Positions 22,455 to 34,216 of a stretch of DNA of 64,000 nt are shown here, one piece after another. The position numbers and the translations under genes were made by a program. The notes under the pieces were generated by a model. The model did not search any database. It saw nothing but the letters and a program-made list of their open reading frames with translations, and was not told the origin of the DNA. Source of the stretch: Blastocladiella emersonii ATCC 22665 (Eukaryota; Fungi; Blastocladiomycota); assembly GCA_025594325.1 (NCBI GenBank), contig JANHCV010000001.1:1364001-1428000 (forward strand), read 5' to 3'. The first letter of the stretch is position 1. Every line of letters begins with the position of its first letter.

Positions 22455-24680
22455 TCACTCGTCGTCCGCGACGCGCGCAAACACCGTGGCCGAGCGCGAC
22501 GGCAGGTACAGCTGCACCGACGCGGCGCGGTTGTTCCACGGCGCGTCGGCCGACGCAATGTGGTCGACCGTCGGGTCGACGCGCGCGAACCCGCCAAACT
22601 CGCGCGCGTCCGAGTCGAGCACCACGCGGTACGTGCCCGGCCGGTTGACGCCGATGCGGTACCCCGTGTACGACTGCGTCGGGTGCCAGTTGAACACGAA
22701 CAGCAGGTGCTGCTTGCCGTCGCCGCTCCACCGCTCGAACGCCAGCACCTTGTCGCCCTCGTGCTTGAGCGACACGTACGTGCGCCCGCACGACGCCGGG
22801 CCGAGAATGTGGAAGTCGCGGTCGAGCTGCAGCATGGCCACGTCAAACTGCTGCAGGTACCGGTACCGCAGCGTCGGGTCCGACGCCAGCGACCACTGCC
22901 GCCGCGCGTAGTGGTAGCTCTCGCCATTGCCCGCCCGCGGGAAGTCGAGCCACTCGGGGTGCCCAAACTCGTTGCCCATGAAGCACAGGTACCCCTCGCC
23001 GCCGAGCCCGAACGTGACCAGCCGGATCATCTTGTGCATGGCCATGCCGCGGTCGATCGTCGGCGGCGGGTGCTGCGAGTACACCTCCGACATGTGGTCG
23101 TACATGTCCTTGTCCATGAGCCAGAACGCCATGGTCTTGTCGCCGACGAGCGCCTGGTCGTGCGACTCGGCGTACCCGATCGTCGCCTCGTTCCACCGCC
23201 GGTTCGTCAGCGTGTGCGCCACGTTGCCCATGTCCCAGTCCTCGTCCTTGAACTCCTTGAGCAGCTTGATCCACATGTCGGGCACCGCCATGCCGAGCCG
23301 GTAGTCGAACCCGACCCCGCCGTCGGCGACGGGCCGGCACAGCGCGGGCATCCCCGACACGTCCTCGGCGATCGTCACGCCCGTGTCCGGGACCAGCTGG
23401 TGCACCAGGTAGTTGGCCAGCATCAGGTACGTGACCGCGTCGTCGTCCACGAGCCCCGGCCCGAAATACTCGTGGTAGTTGCCCGAGAAGCCGTAGCCGA
23501 TGCCGTGGTGCGTGTACAGCATCGAGGTCACGCCGTCGAACCGGAACCCGTCGAACCGGTAGTCCTCGATCCAGTAGGCGCAGTTGGACAGCAGGAACCG
23601 CAGCGTCTCGTAGCTGCCGTAGTTGAACAGGCGGCTGTCCCACAGGCTGTGCCAGCCGAGCGGGCCGCCGTGGAAGTAGCAGTGGTCGGTGCCGTCGAAC
23701 ATGTTGAGCCCGTCGAGCACGTTCTTGGACGCATGCGAGTGGACCAGATCGAGCAGCACCACGATGCCGAGCGCGTGGGCCTCGTCAATGAGGCGCATCA
23801 GGTCCTCGGGGGTGCCGAACCGCGACGAGGGCGCGAAGAAGGACGTGACCTGGTACCCGAACGACGCGTAGTAGGCGTGCTCCTGGACCGCCATGAGCTG
23901 GATGGCGTTGTACCCGAGCGTCTTGACGCGCGGCAGCACCGTGGCCGTGAACTCGGCGTACGACCCGATCTTGGGCTCCTCGGACGCGATGCCGACGTGG
24001 GCCTCGTAGATGCGCAGCGACTCGGGGCGCGGCGGGCGCGGGTGCTTGAACGTGTACTGCTGCTCGCGCGGCGGGTTCCAGTACACCGACTCGTACGCGA
24101 CCGACTTGGACACGTCCTGCACGACGCGGCGCGCCCACGGCGAGATGCGGTCGAACGTCTCGCCCGCGCCGCTGGTGAAACGGATCTTGACGCGCGACCC
24201 GTGCGGCAGCGTGCCGGCGGGGACCGTGACCGACCACACACCAAAGTCGTTGCGCGTCATGCGGTGCGCGGCCGAGTCCCAGTTGTTGAAGTCGCCTACG
24301 AGCGCGGCCGAGGCGGCGCCGGGCGCGTACTCGCGGTACACGACGTCGCCCGACGGCAGGTCGTGGAAGCCAAAGTACTTGTGGCCCTGGGCGAACGCGT
24401 ACAGCGAGCCGTGGTTGGTCGAGGCCACGTCGAGCCAGTGGCGCATCTTTAGGAAGCGCGACTTGAGCACGCCCGCGAACGGCGCCAGGTGCTCGTCGTC
24501 GCGCGCGACGCGCGGGAAGTCGGGGCTCGTGGCCACCTTGAGCGCCCACGCCGAGTCGCCGTTCACCGTGATGCCGGCGGCCGCGTCGGCGGCGGGCTGG
24601 CTCGCGGGCGGTGCCGGCGCCGACTTGGTCGCGGGCGCGGCGGCGGTCGCTGGTGGTGCGGGGGTCTTGCCGAGCATCAT
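22455..24680 (-). CDS. GLC3: 1,4-alpha-glucan (glycogen) branching enzyme
   Basis: GH13 motifs YEAHVG, LDLVHSHAS, FDGFRFDGVTSM, IAEDVSGMP, YAESHDQALVGDKT and FMGNEFGHPEWLDFPR. Intronless ORF; the exact start is uncertain. Confidence 0.95.
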   Translation of the reverse strand: MMLGKTPAPPATAAAPATKSAPAPPASQPAADAAAGITVNGDSAWALKVATSPDFPRVARDDEHLAPFAGVLKSRFLKMRHWLDVASTNHGSLYAFAQGHKYFGFHDLPSGDVVYREYAPGAASAALVGDFNNWDSAAHRMTRNDFGVWSVTVPAGTLPHGSRVKIRFTSGAGETFDRISPWARRVVQDVSKSVAYESVYWNPPREQQYTFKHPRPPRPESLRIYEAHVGIASEEPKIGSYAEFTATVLPRVKTLGYNAIQLMAVQEHAYYASFGYQVTSFFAPSSRFGTPEDLMRLIDEAHALGIVVLLDLVHSHASKNVLDGLNMFDGTDHCYFHGGPLGWHSLWDSRLFNYGSYETLRFLLSNCAYWIEDYRFDGFRFDGVTSMLYTHHGIGYGFSGNYHEYFGPGLVDDDAVTYLMLANYLVHQLVPDTGVTIAEDVSGMPALCRPVADGGVGFDYRLGMAVPDMWIKLLKEFKDEDWDMGNVAHTLTNRRWNEATIGYAESHDQALVGDKTMAFWLMDKDMYDHMSEVYSQHPPPTIDRGMAMHKMIRLVTFGLGGEGYLCFMGNEFGHPEWLDFPRAGNGESYHYARRQWSLASDPTLRYRYLQQFDVAMLQLDRDFHILGPASCGRTYVSLKHEGDKVLAFERWSGDGKQHLLFVFNWHPTQSYTGYRIGVNRPGTYRVVLDSDAREFGGFARVDPTVDHIASADAPWNNRAASVQLYLPSRSATVFARVADDE

Positions 24681-25547
24681 GCGGGTCTGGAAGCGCGCGC
24701 GGGTGATGGGTGAGTTGATTGCATGGTGTCGCGGGGGAGCGCGCGGGACGGCATACATGGTGAGGGGGTAGAGGGAAGAGGTTGGCGTATCAGGCGGGGA
24801 GGTTCCAGCGCGATACATGAACAGTTTGCTGAAGCGAGGCGGAGGAGAGAGGAGAGAGAGCGAGGGCGAAGGGCGGGCGGGTGGGTGGGGGGCGGCAGCG
24901 GCAGCGGCGAACGTTGCCGTTCGACGAGTGCCCACGCCGAGCTGAGCACGGGTCAACTCCCACGGTCCCTCAACGCCCCAACACCAACACCCGCGCGCTC
25001 AATCTCGCTCTCGTGTTCGCGTTGAACAGACGGCTGTTGCTCAAGCGGCGGCAAGGGCTCGCGTTGCTCATCGCGAGGCGGGTCAGCCTGAGCTGATCCG
25101 GAGATGAGGGAAGCTGGAGGGGAGAGGGGAGGCGCCGCGCGCGACGACGCGTCGCTACGAGGTCGTCGTCCCCAACCGCGACGCCCACCGTGATCGTCGA
25201 GCAGGCCGCCGAGCAGGTCGCCGAGAACAGGAGGTGGCGAAGGCTGGAACAAGACGCGTCGCGACGAGAGTCTCGGTCACATGACGCTGCAGATCGCGGA
25301 GGCTTGCCTTATCGCGTCGCTCGCTCGCGACGACCGCGACTGCTTCTACGCCGTCCCTGAGCTCGAGCCGCACGCGACGTACTCTATGGAACGCGCCCGA
25401 ACCCTGGGCACCACTCCCTAAGGCACCTCCTGCAGCCGCTATCGGCCGAGCCCGACTTCTCTCGACGCGTCGCGCCCGCCGGCGCCACCACCACCAGAGC
25501 CATGTCTGGTGCGTGACTTGGCTCCTCCCTATCTCAGACCCTGGCGC

Positions 25548-25554
25548 TATAAAA
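25548..25554 (+). promoter_or_regulatory. TATA box upstream of TPS1
   Basis: TATAAAA about 75 nt before the ATG, in otherwise GC-rich DNA, followed by a CT-rich tract. Confidence 0.5.
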
Positions 25555-25627
25555 GCCGTCGCGCGCCCCGTCCCTCCTCCCTCTTGCTCCCCGAAACCGC
25601 CGCGAATCGCTACGAATCAACCTGACC

Positions 25628-28207
25628 ATGATGACCGTCACCGACCCGCACCCGCCGCCGCCGTCGTCCACCCACGGCGCGAACCCCGCAGACCCGTCGG
25701 CTGCTGCCGCCCACGCCATCCACACCATGGCCGGGCCCGACTCGACCGAGTCGCTGCGCCTCATCGTCGTGTCCAACCGCCTGCCCGTCACCATCTCGCG
25801 CGACGCCGCCGACGGCTCGTGGCGCGCCAAGATGTCGAGCGGCGGCCTCGTCTCGGCCCTCTCGGGTCTCAAGCGCGAAATGAGCTTCACCTGGATTGGG
25901 TACGGTCTCTCTTCGCTGCCGCGTGTGGCCCGCGACTCGGACCGCGTGTCTCACCTTGACTCTGCTCCCGCGAACAGATGGCCCGGCGTTGACTTCTCGC
26001 CCGAGGACCGCGTCTCAGTCAGCGACCTGCTCCAGCGCGAGCACTCGAGCGTGCCCGTCTTCCTGCCCGACGACATTGCCGACGCCCACTACAACGGCTT
26101 CAGCAACTCGATCCTGTGGCCGCTGTTCCACTACCACCCGGGAGAGATCGCCTTCGACGAGGCCCACTGGGACGCCTACGTGACGGCCAACCACGCCTTC
26201 GCCGGCGCCATCATGACCAACGTGCGCGACGGCGACCTCGTGTGGGTCCAGGACTACCACCTGATGCTCGTCCCCGAGCTGCTGCGCGCGCGGTGCGAGG
26301 CCGCGGGTCTCAAGCACGTCAAGATCGGCTTCTTCCTGCACACGCCGTTCCCGTCCTCGGAGATCTTCCGCATCCTGCCCGTGCGCCGCGAGATCCTCCT
26401 CGGCCTGCTGCCCTGCGACCTCATCGGCTTCCACACCTTCGACTACGCGCGCCACTTCCTCTCCTCGTGCACCCGCATCCTCGGCCTGCACACCATGCCC
26501 AACGGCGTCGAGCACGAGGGCCGCTTCGTCCACGTCGGCACCTTCCCGATCGGCATCGACCCCGACCAGTTTGTCGAGGGCCTGCAGAAGCCGTCGGTGC
26601 GCGACCGCGTCGCCCACCTGCGCGCAAAGTACGAGGGCGTCAAGATCTGCGTCGGCGTCGACCGCCTCGACTACATCAAGGGCGTCCCGCACAAGCTGCA
26701 CGCCTTCGAGGTGTTCCTGTCGCAGCACCCCGAGTGGATCGGCAAGGTGGTGCTCGTCCAGGTCGCCGTGCCCTCGCGCACCGACGTCGAGGAGTACCAG
26801 GCCCTGCGCCAGACGGTCAACGAGCTCGTCGGCCGCATCAACGGCCAGTACGGCACCGTCGACTTCATGCCCATCGTGTTCATGAACAAGTCGGTCACCT
26901 TCGACGAGCTCGTCGCCCTGTACGCCATCTCGGACGCGTGCGTCGTGTCGTCGACGCGCGACGGCATGAACCTCGTGTCTTACGAGTACATTGCGACCCA
27001 GGTCGAGTCGCACGGCGTGCTCATCATGTCCGAGTTTGCCGGCGCCGCGCAGTCGCTCAACGGGTCGATCCTCGTCAACCCGTGGAACACGCAGGAGCTC
27101 GCCGACGCCTTCTTCGACGCCGTCACCATGCCGCCGGCCACGCGCCAGGCCAACCACGCCAAGCTGTTCCGCTACGTGACCAAGTACACGGCCGCGTACT
27201 GGGGCCTGTCGTTCGTCAACGAGCTGCGCCGCGTCCGCGACGAGTTCAATTCGCGCATGCGCGCCTTGCCCAAGCTCGTCCCCGGCACCGCGCTCGCCCG
27301 CGAGACCATCAACGACCGCTTCCTCAAGGCCCCGAAGCGCGTCATCCTCCTCGACTACGACGACACGCTCATGGCCACCTCCAACAAGCTGCCCGAGTTT
27401 GCCCGGCCCTCGTCGACCATCGTCGACACGCTCGCCGCGCTCGCCGCGCTCCCCGACACCTTTGTCTACGTGCTCTCGGGCCGCGCCCGCCAGCACCTGT
27501 CGCTGTGGTTCCAGGGCACCGGCATCGGCCTGTCGGCCGAGCACGGCGTTTTCTACAAGCACCCCGACACCTTCAACGCCGCCGCCGCGCCGCCGTCGAC
27601 GGTCGCGCCCGGCGCCGACATGGACGGCGGGTGGTACCGCCTCGCGCGCCACGTCGACCGCAGCTGGCGCGAGACGATCCGCCCGCTGTTCACCCACTAC
27701 ACGGAGCGCACACCTGGGTCGTTCATCGAGGAGAAGGAGACGAACCTGACGTGGCACTACCGCAACGCCGACCCCGAGTTTGGCGCGTGGCAGGCGGCCG
27801 AGCTGCAGGTCAACCTCGAGAAGATCCTGGCGCACCTGCCCGTGTCGGTGATCCTCGGCAACAAGACGCTCGAGCTCCGGCCCTCGGCCGTCGACAAGGC
27901 GGCGGTCGCGCGGTCGATCCTGCGTGACCTCGGCGCCCTCGACACGGCCAGCGCGGCGCCTGAGCAGCAGCCCTTCATCCTGTGCGTCGGCGACGGCAAG
28001 ACGGACGAAGTCGTGTTCACGATGCTCGCCGACCGCCCCGCCGCCGTCACGGTCACGGTTGGCAAGAAGCAGACCGACGCCAAGTACCACGTCGACAGCG
28101 TGCGCGACGTCCAGGCCCTGCTCGCCGAGATCGTCGCTGTCGCCAAGGGCGGCGAGGCCGCGGTCCCGCCAGCGATCTCGCCCACGGGGTCGCCCGCGCC
28201 GGCGTAA
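25628..28207 (+). CDS. TPS1: Trehalose-6-phosphate synthase with a fused C-terminal phosphatase (HAD) domain
   Basis: VSNRLP, SSGGLVSAL, WIG/WPG (in-frame intron 25900-25977), QDYHL, GVDRLDYIKG and RDGMNLVSYEY. The TPP domain has LLDYDDTL, LSGR and GDGKTDE. Confidence 0.95.
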   Translation: MMTVTDPHPPPPSSTHGANPADPSAAAAHAIHTMAGPDSTESLRLIVVSNRLPVTISRDAADGSWRAKMSSGGLVSALSGLKREMSFTWIGYGLSSLPRVARDSDRVSHLDSAPANRWPGVDFSPEDRVSVSDLLQREHSSVPVFLPDDIADAHYNGFSNSILWPLFHYHPGEIAFDEAHWDAYVTANHAFAGAIMTNVRDGDLVWVQDYHLMLVPELLRARCEAAGLKHVKIGFFLHTPFPSSEIFRILPVRREILLGLLPCDLIGFHTFDYARHFLSSCTRILGLHTMPNGVEHEGRFVHVGTFPIGIDPDQFVEGLQKPSVRDRVAHLRAKYEGVKICVGVDRLDYIKGVPHKLHAFEVFLSQHPEWIGKVVLVQVAVPSRTDVEEYQALRQTVNELVGRINGQYGTVDFMPIVFMNKSVTFDELVALYAISDACVVSSTRDGMNLVSYEYIATQVESHGVLIMSEFAGAAQSLNGSILVNPWNTQELADAFFDAVTMPPATRQANHAKLFRYVTKYTAAYWGLSFVNELRRVRDEFNSRMRALPKLVPGTALARETINDRFLKAPKRVILLDYDDTLMATSNKLPEFARPSSTIVDTLAALAALPDTFVYVLSGRARQHLSLWFQGTGIGLSAEHGVFYKHPDTFNAAAAPPSTVAPGADMDGGWYRLARHVDRSWRETIRPLFTHYTERTPGSFIEEKETNLTWHYRNADPEFGAWQAAELQVNLEKILAHLPVSVILGNKTLELRPSAVDKAAVARSILRDLGALDTASAAPEQQPFILCVGDGKTDEVVFTMLADRPAAVTVTVGKKQTDAKYHVDSVRDVQALLAEIVAVAKGGEAAVPPAISPTGSPAPA

Positions 28208-28415
28208 AGAGTTTGCTTGTGGATGTGGAGTTGTTGATGGACATAGTAATATCGCAATCGTGTACAGTTCAAGGATCTGCGAGGGGTGAGTGCGGGAGCG
28301 AGGGAGAGTGTGCAACCGTGGCCGTGGCCATGGCCAGGATCGAAGTGCGTGACTTCCCCGAGACATGGAGCCGTGATGCCGAGCAACTCTATCGATCTAT
28401 GAATGGAATGACAAA

Positions 28416-31400
28416 CTATACAGGCACGGGTGCGGTGACACTCCCGCCCGCGCCGGGCAGCGGCGGCAGGCCACCGTGCGCTTGCGGCGGCGGCGTTCCG
28501 CTGCTGACCATGCCGCCAACCTGCTGATGGTGCTGTTTTGGCACGCTCGCGTCGGACGACGGCGCCGGTGTCGGCGCGCCCTCGTTGCCGGCCGGGTTGA
28601 GGTGCTGCTGGAGTTCCTGGAGGACCGTCAGCGGCTTGGGCCGCGGGGCGCCACCCTCGATGGCCACGGCCTTGAACTTCTTCTGCTGCAGCACCTTTTT
28701 GAGCGTGAGGTACTTTTTCTTGAACTCCTGGCACTGGCGCGTGAGCTCGGCGACCTCGTTGCGGTAGTCGAGCGCCTGCGATTGCAGCATGTTGAGCTCC
28801 GAGGCCAGGGCCTTGGACTCGCGCGTCTTCTCCTTGACGAGGTTCTTGAGCGTCTCGAGCTGCTGCACGACCTCGGGCCCGGGCACGCGCGACAGCATGG
28901 CCTTGAGGTCGAGGTACAGCTTCTCCTTGGCCTGGAGCAGGAGCTCCTTCTCGACGACCTGCTCCGTCTTGGCGATGAGGCGGCGCTGCAGCGTCTGGAC
29001 CTTCTGGACGAGCTCGAAGGTCGACGGGTCGGACCCGGCCAGCTTGCGCCACCGGTGCATGTTCATGGGGTTCTCGAGCTCCTCCTCGAGCACCTTGACG
29101 CGGGTGCGCTCGTTGAGCATCTCCTTCTGCAGGCGGTAGATCTCGTTGCGCAGCGCCTCGACGTTGGTCGTCTCGTGCTGCAGGATCGTCTTCTCGCGCC
29201 GCAGCTTCTTGACCTCGAGCTTGAGCACGCGGATGTCCTCGAGCCGCTCGCGGTACTGGATCTCGCCCTTGTTGAGCGTCGACTGCTGGATCTTGATCTT
29301 CTCGTACAGCAGCGCGAGCTCGTCGTTGCGCCGGATCAGTTGCGTCCCGAGGATATCCTACACGCAATGTGACGTGGTGTGAGCGATGATGGTCGAGACC
29401 ATGGCCATGGCCACCGAGACCACGATCACATACCCGCTCCTGGATCACGGCCTCGTACTCCTTCTTCTGGCGCATGCGCTCCGTGTCGGCCTCGGAGATG
29501 ATGTGGCGCAGCTTGTTCTCCTCGGCCTGCTGGTTCTGGATGAACTGGTGGGCGGCGTCGAGCTGCTGCTTGAGCTTCTGGACCTCCTGCTTGGCCGCGT
29601 CCTTCTCCTTGTCGACCTTCTGGTGCTCAAAGTGCTCCTTGAGCAGGGCCGACTCCTTGGCCGAGATCTCCTCCTTGTACTGCTCGATCTGGTGCGTCAT
29701 GATCTTGAGCTTGCGGCGCATCTCGGTGATCTCGTCCTGCGACTCGATCAGGTTCTTGGAGTAGAGGTTGCGGTCGGACCGGACCTGCTCGTACAGCGCC
29801 TGCTGCTGCTTGAGTTTGTACTCGGCCTCGGAGATCTTCTTCTTGTAGTCGAAGATCTGGTTCTCCTTGATGATCACCTCCTCCTCGGCCGCCTGCTTGT
29901 GCTGCTGGATCTGCGCCACCTCGTTGACGTAGCGGTCGCGCTCCTTCTCGAGAGCCAGGATGAGCTTGCGCTGCTTGGCCGCCTCCTCCTTGTACCCCGA
30001 GATCTCCTGCTCGAGGTTCTGCTTGGTCTGCTCGTGCAGCTTGACGAGGTTGGTCTGCTTCTGCGTGGCCGAGGTGGCCTTGAGGTAGTTCTTGGACAAA
30101 ATGTCGCGCTCACGCACCAGGTCCTCGATCTGCTTGCGGTCGTTCTCGGCCTGCTTCTTGTGCGACTCGACCTGGCGCTCGAGCGAGTAGACGAGCGACT
30201 TGAGGGCGTCGCGCTCCTGCTCGGCCTCGGCCTTGCCCTCGTCGACCTGCTTGAGCTTGCGCTGCATCATCTCGCGCATCTTGGCCAGCGTCTTCATCTC
30301 GGACTGCATGCGGTCGGCGTCGTCGTCGGCCAGCTTGACCTCCTGCGCGAGCTTGGTGTTCTCGGCGAGCAACGAGTTGGTCGCGAACAGCTGGTGGTTG
30401 GCCTCCTCCTCGAGCTTGGCCTTGAGCGCCGCGAGCTGCTCCGTCTCAGTCGCGAGCTTGTCGCGGGCGTCGCGCGTCTCGCGCAGCTGCGCCTCGAACC
30501 GCTTGAGGTCCTCGCCGGCCTTGGCCAGCAGCTCGCCGCGCGCCTTGAGGTCCGTGGCGCGTGCGTCGGCGGCGGCGCGGGCGTCGCGCAGCTCGCGCTC
30601 GAGCCGGTCGCGCGCGTTGGCCTCCTTCTCGCCCTCCTCCTGCTTGAGCGCGACCAGCTCCTTGAGCGAGGCCAGCTCGCCCAGCAGCGTGGCGCGCTCG
30701 CGCGCCTGCTCCGACTCGTGCGCCTGCATGTGCTCGAGCTCGTTGCGCAGCTGCGCCTCGCGGCTCGTGCGCGCCTCGACCTCGCGCGCCAGCGCGTCGC
30801 GTTGTTGCACGATCTCGAGCACCGACGCGCTGTCGGCGGCGCCCGCTCCACCCGGCCCGCGCTTGCCGCCGGCCCCCGCGCCGCCGAGCGACCGCGTCTG
30901 CGCGGCCAGCTTGCTCTGCAGCTCAACGATCTGGTCCTTGTTCTGCGCCTCGCGGCTGTTGGCCTCCTCGAGCAGCTTCCACGTCTTCTTGAGCTCTTTT
31001 TGCAGCCCGATGATGGTGCGGTCGGTCGCCGTCACGTTGATGGTCGGCGACGCCGGGGCGCCGCTCGCCGCGGTCGAAGATGAGGCGGCGGGGGCCTGGA
31101 CGGACGGCGCGTGGGCGGTTGTTGTGCTCGGTGGCGGCTGTGACCGGGAAGGCGCCGCGGCGACCGGCGCCGCGTGGATCTCGGCCGACCCAAAGTTGCT
31201 CTGGCCGTCGTCGTCCTCCTGGATCGCGATCGCGGGCAGCCGGCTCGGCGGCGGCGGCACGTCCTCGGAAATGGTGATGTTGGGCGCGTTGATGGGTACG
31301 GCGACACTGGCCATGGACGAGACGGTCGAGTCGGTGCCCGTGTCGCGGCTGTGGCTGCTGCTCGCAATCGACGCCTGCGACGCCGTGTGGTCGGCCCCAC

Positions 31401-31506
31401 CGCCCGCGGCGGGCGCGTCGGCGTCGTCCACGCTCACCGTGACGGGCGCGGGTGGCGGCGGCGCATCGCCGTCGTGCGCGCGGTGGCGCGCATCGTCACT
31501 GTCCAT
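28416..31506 (-). CDS. CFAP58: Cilia- and flagella-associated protein 58 (CCDC147)
   Basis: Long coiled coil with YEQVRSDRNLYSKNLIESQDEI and YEAVIQER/DILGTQLIRRNDELALLYEKIKIQQS (intron 29358-29433), plus NMHRWRKLAGSDP. Confidence 0.9.
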
Positions 31507-32053
31507 GTTCTGCTTCCATGTGTTTGCGGGTTACGGGTTGGTGAGGTTGCGAATGCGTGCAGTGATACGCGTCGAGCAGGCGTCTCGCATCCGCCGCCAA
31601 CGACGCGGCGCAGTATCACGCGAGGTCGCTGCCGTGTCTCGCGGCCCGTGAGACGCGGGTGCGAGACGCGTTGCGCCCCCGCGGGGACATCACGCGGCGC
31701 GCGGGTGATCTCCGCGCCAACGCGTCGCTCGGAGAAAGTTGGCCGAAGCGCGGAGAAACGCCGCAGGGCACGTCGCGGCAGGGGTGCTAGTGGGGTGTGC
31801 GAACCCGAAGGGTGAGCAGAATCCCTTTTGGCGTTTTCTCCGACACGGTGAGCGATTTCTCCGACACGCGTCGCGCGAACACGTGATCCGCCATCTGGGA
31901 ATCTTGCTCTCTCGCTCGGCCTTCGGCCTTCGGCCTCGCACACCCCACTAGCACCCCTGGTCGCGGTCGGTCCCCACGTCGGCCACCCTTTCTCTCCTCT
32001 CCCCCGACGAGCCTAAGCAGCGGCGATCGCCTCGCCGTACTCGTTGCAATCTC

Positions 32054-33640
32054 ATGGAAACCGACGCGCCCGTCTACCAGAACACGTGCTCCAAGCTGCG
32101 CAACCGCCGCGGCGACGACGCCGCCGACAGCGCCGTGTCGGCCTCGTCGCGGTCCGCGTCGCCGTCCCCGACATCCGCCGCACGCGCCGAGAAGCCCGCC
32201 GCCCGTCTGTCGGACGCGATGCTGAACCCGCGCACCACAAGCTACGAGTTCCTCGGCCCGCCCGGCGCCTTCTTCCTCAACTTTGTCCTGCCCGGGTTCC
32301 CGCTGCTCCTCAACGTGCTGTGCACGCCCGAGGGGTGCCCGAACCTGCGCACGCTGTCGTCGCTCGACGCCGCGCTCGCGGCGCTGCAGGAGGGCTTCGC
32401 GTGGGACCGCATGTTCAACTGGGGTGCCCTCTCCGTGTTCGTCGGGTGGATGGCGTGGTGCGTCGCCATGTACCGCGTCATGCCCGGCGAGTACGTCCAG
32501 GGCACCGTGCTCCGCACCGGCGAGCGGTTGACGTACAAGGTCAACGGTACGCGACCAGACCCGGCGCGGGGATTGGGGTGGATCGGACCCGCTGACGTGT
32601 CATTACCGAGTGTAGCCTTCAACACGCTCCTGTTCACGCTCGCCTCGCTCGCCCTGATCGTCAACTTCCACGGCCTCGACCCGCTCATCTTCGTCGCCGA
32701 CAACTTTATCCAGATCGGCTTCAGCGCCGCCCTCTTCGCCGTGGTCCTGTCTACCGCGCTCTACCTCGCCTCGTTCCGCAAGGGCGCCCTTCTCGCGCTC
32801 GGCGGTAACTCGGGTAACCCCATCTACGATGTACGATTTCCTCTCGACGACTCGAACTCCCGAACTGTCCCTGACCAGCGATTCCGCTCTGTCTAGTTCT
32901 TCATTGGCCGCGAGCTCAACCCGCGCATCGGCAGCTTTGACCTCAAGTACTTCTGCGAGCTGCGCCCCGGCCTCATCGGCTGGCTCCTCATCAACCTGTC
33001 CTTCATGGCCAAGCAGTACGCGACCCACGGCACCGTGACCGACGCCATGGCGCTGGTCGTCGTGTTCCAGGCGTGGTACGTGTTCGACGCGGTCAAGAAC
33101 GAGGCCGCCGTCCTGACCACCATGGACATCACCACCGACGGGTTCGGCATGATGCTCGTGGGCGGCGACCTCGTGTGGGTGCCCTTCAGCTACTCGCTGC
33201 AGGCGCGGTACCTCGCCATGCACGATGCCACCTTCCTCGGCCCCGTGCCCGCCGCCGCCATCCTCGCCGTCAACCTGCTCGGGTACTGGATCTTCCGGTC
33301 CGCCAACTCGGAAAAGGACGCGTTCCGCAGCAACCCGAACGCGCCCGACGTCGCCCACCTCAAGTACATGGAGACGGCGTCCGGCAGCAAGCTCCTCGTC
33401 TCGGGCTGGTGGGGGATCGCCCGCCACATCAACTACTTTGGCGACTGGATCATGTCCGTCGCGTGGTCGCTCCCCTGCGGCTTCGCCGACCCGCTGCCCT
33501 ACTACTACCCGATCTACTTTGCCATCCTCCTCGTCCACCGCTTCTACCGCGACGAGCACAAGTGCAAGTCCAAGTACGGCAAGGACTGGGACGAGTACTG
33601 CCGCCGCGTCCCCTCGCGCATCGTGCCGTACGTGTTTTAG
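32054..33640 (+). CDS. ERG24: Delta14-sterol reductase (ERG4/ERG24 family)
   Basis: [46 protein letters not shown] and [14 protein letters not shown]. Introns at 32547-32615 and 32831-32896. Confidence 0.9.
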
Positions 33641-34216
33641 CGGGAGCGGTCCGCGAGGCTCGCAGAGGTTTTGTTGCAAATGTAAGTTGTATTTCCAATC
33701 ATCGAAGCGGCATCTGCGCAGCGCAAGCACGGGGCAGGATCAAGGCCCCACCGCGGTCATCATGGTCGCGGACGCGGCCATCGTGGCCTCACTGCTTGTC
33801 GCCAGATTCTTGGCCAGCGCGGCTGCCCACGGACCGCCGAAGCGGACATCGGCACGCGAGAAGTCCTGACCGCCGATCACGGCTGCATCCGATTTCGCGC
33901 ACATCACGGTAAATCGCGTAGCTGATCCGTTCAAGGGCGGCGTGCCGAGCGGATGTTGATGAGTGTCCGGACGCTCAATCTTGCTTTGTGCGTGGGACCA
34001 GATTTGCTAAGTCCGATCCGGCAGGCCATGGGTCGCACTGGTGCGTGCTGCGCCACCGCACACGCGTGTTACACCAAGGACCATCCGCTCGGTACGCCTC
34101 CCGCGAGCGGACCGGGAGACTCCTTGTCCGAGGACAACGGTACCGAGTGAATTTTGAAGTGAATGTATTTACAAGTCGACTGAATCGACACCGCCACGCG
34201 GGCGCGGGGGAGGGGA

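Noticed and set aside
24763-25129. AGGGG (STRE-like) elements in the GLC3-TPS1 promoter
   Set aside because: Three copies of a G-rich 5-mer are about what chance gives in DNA this GC-rich.
33740-33934. Short minus-strand ORF downstream of 7TM paralog 1 as a fifth paralog remnant or extra exon
   Set aside because: It shares none of the family motifs and I could not find supporting splice sites.
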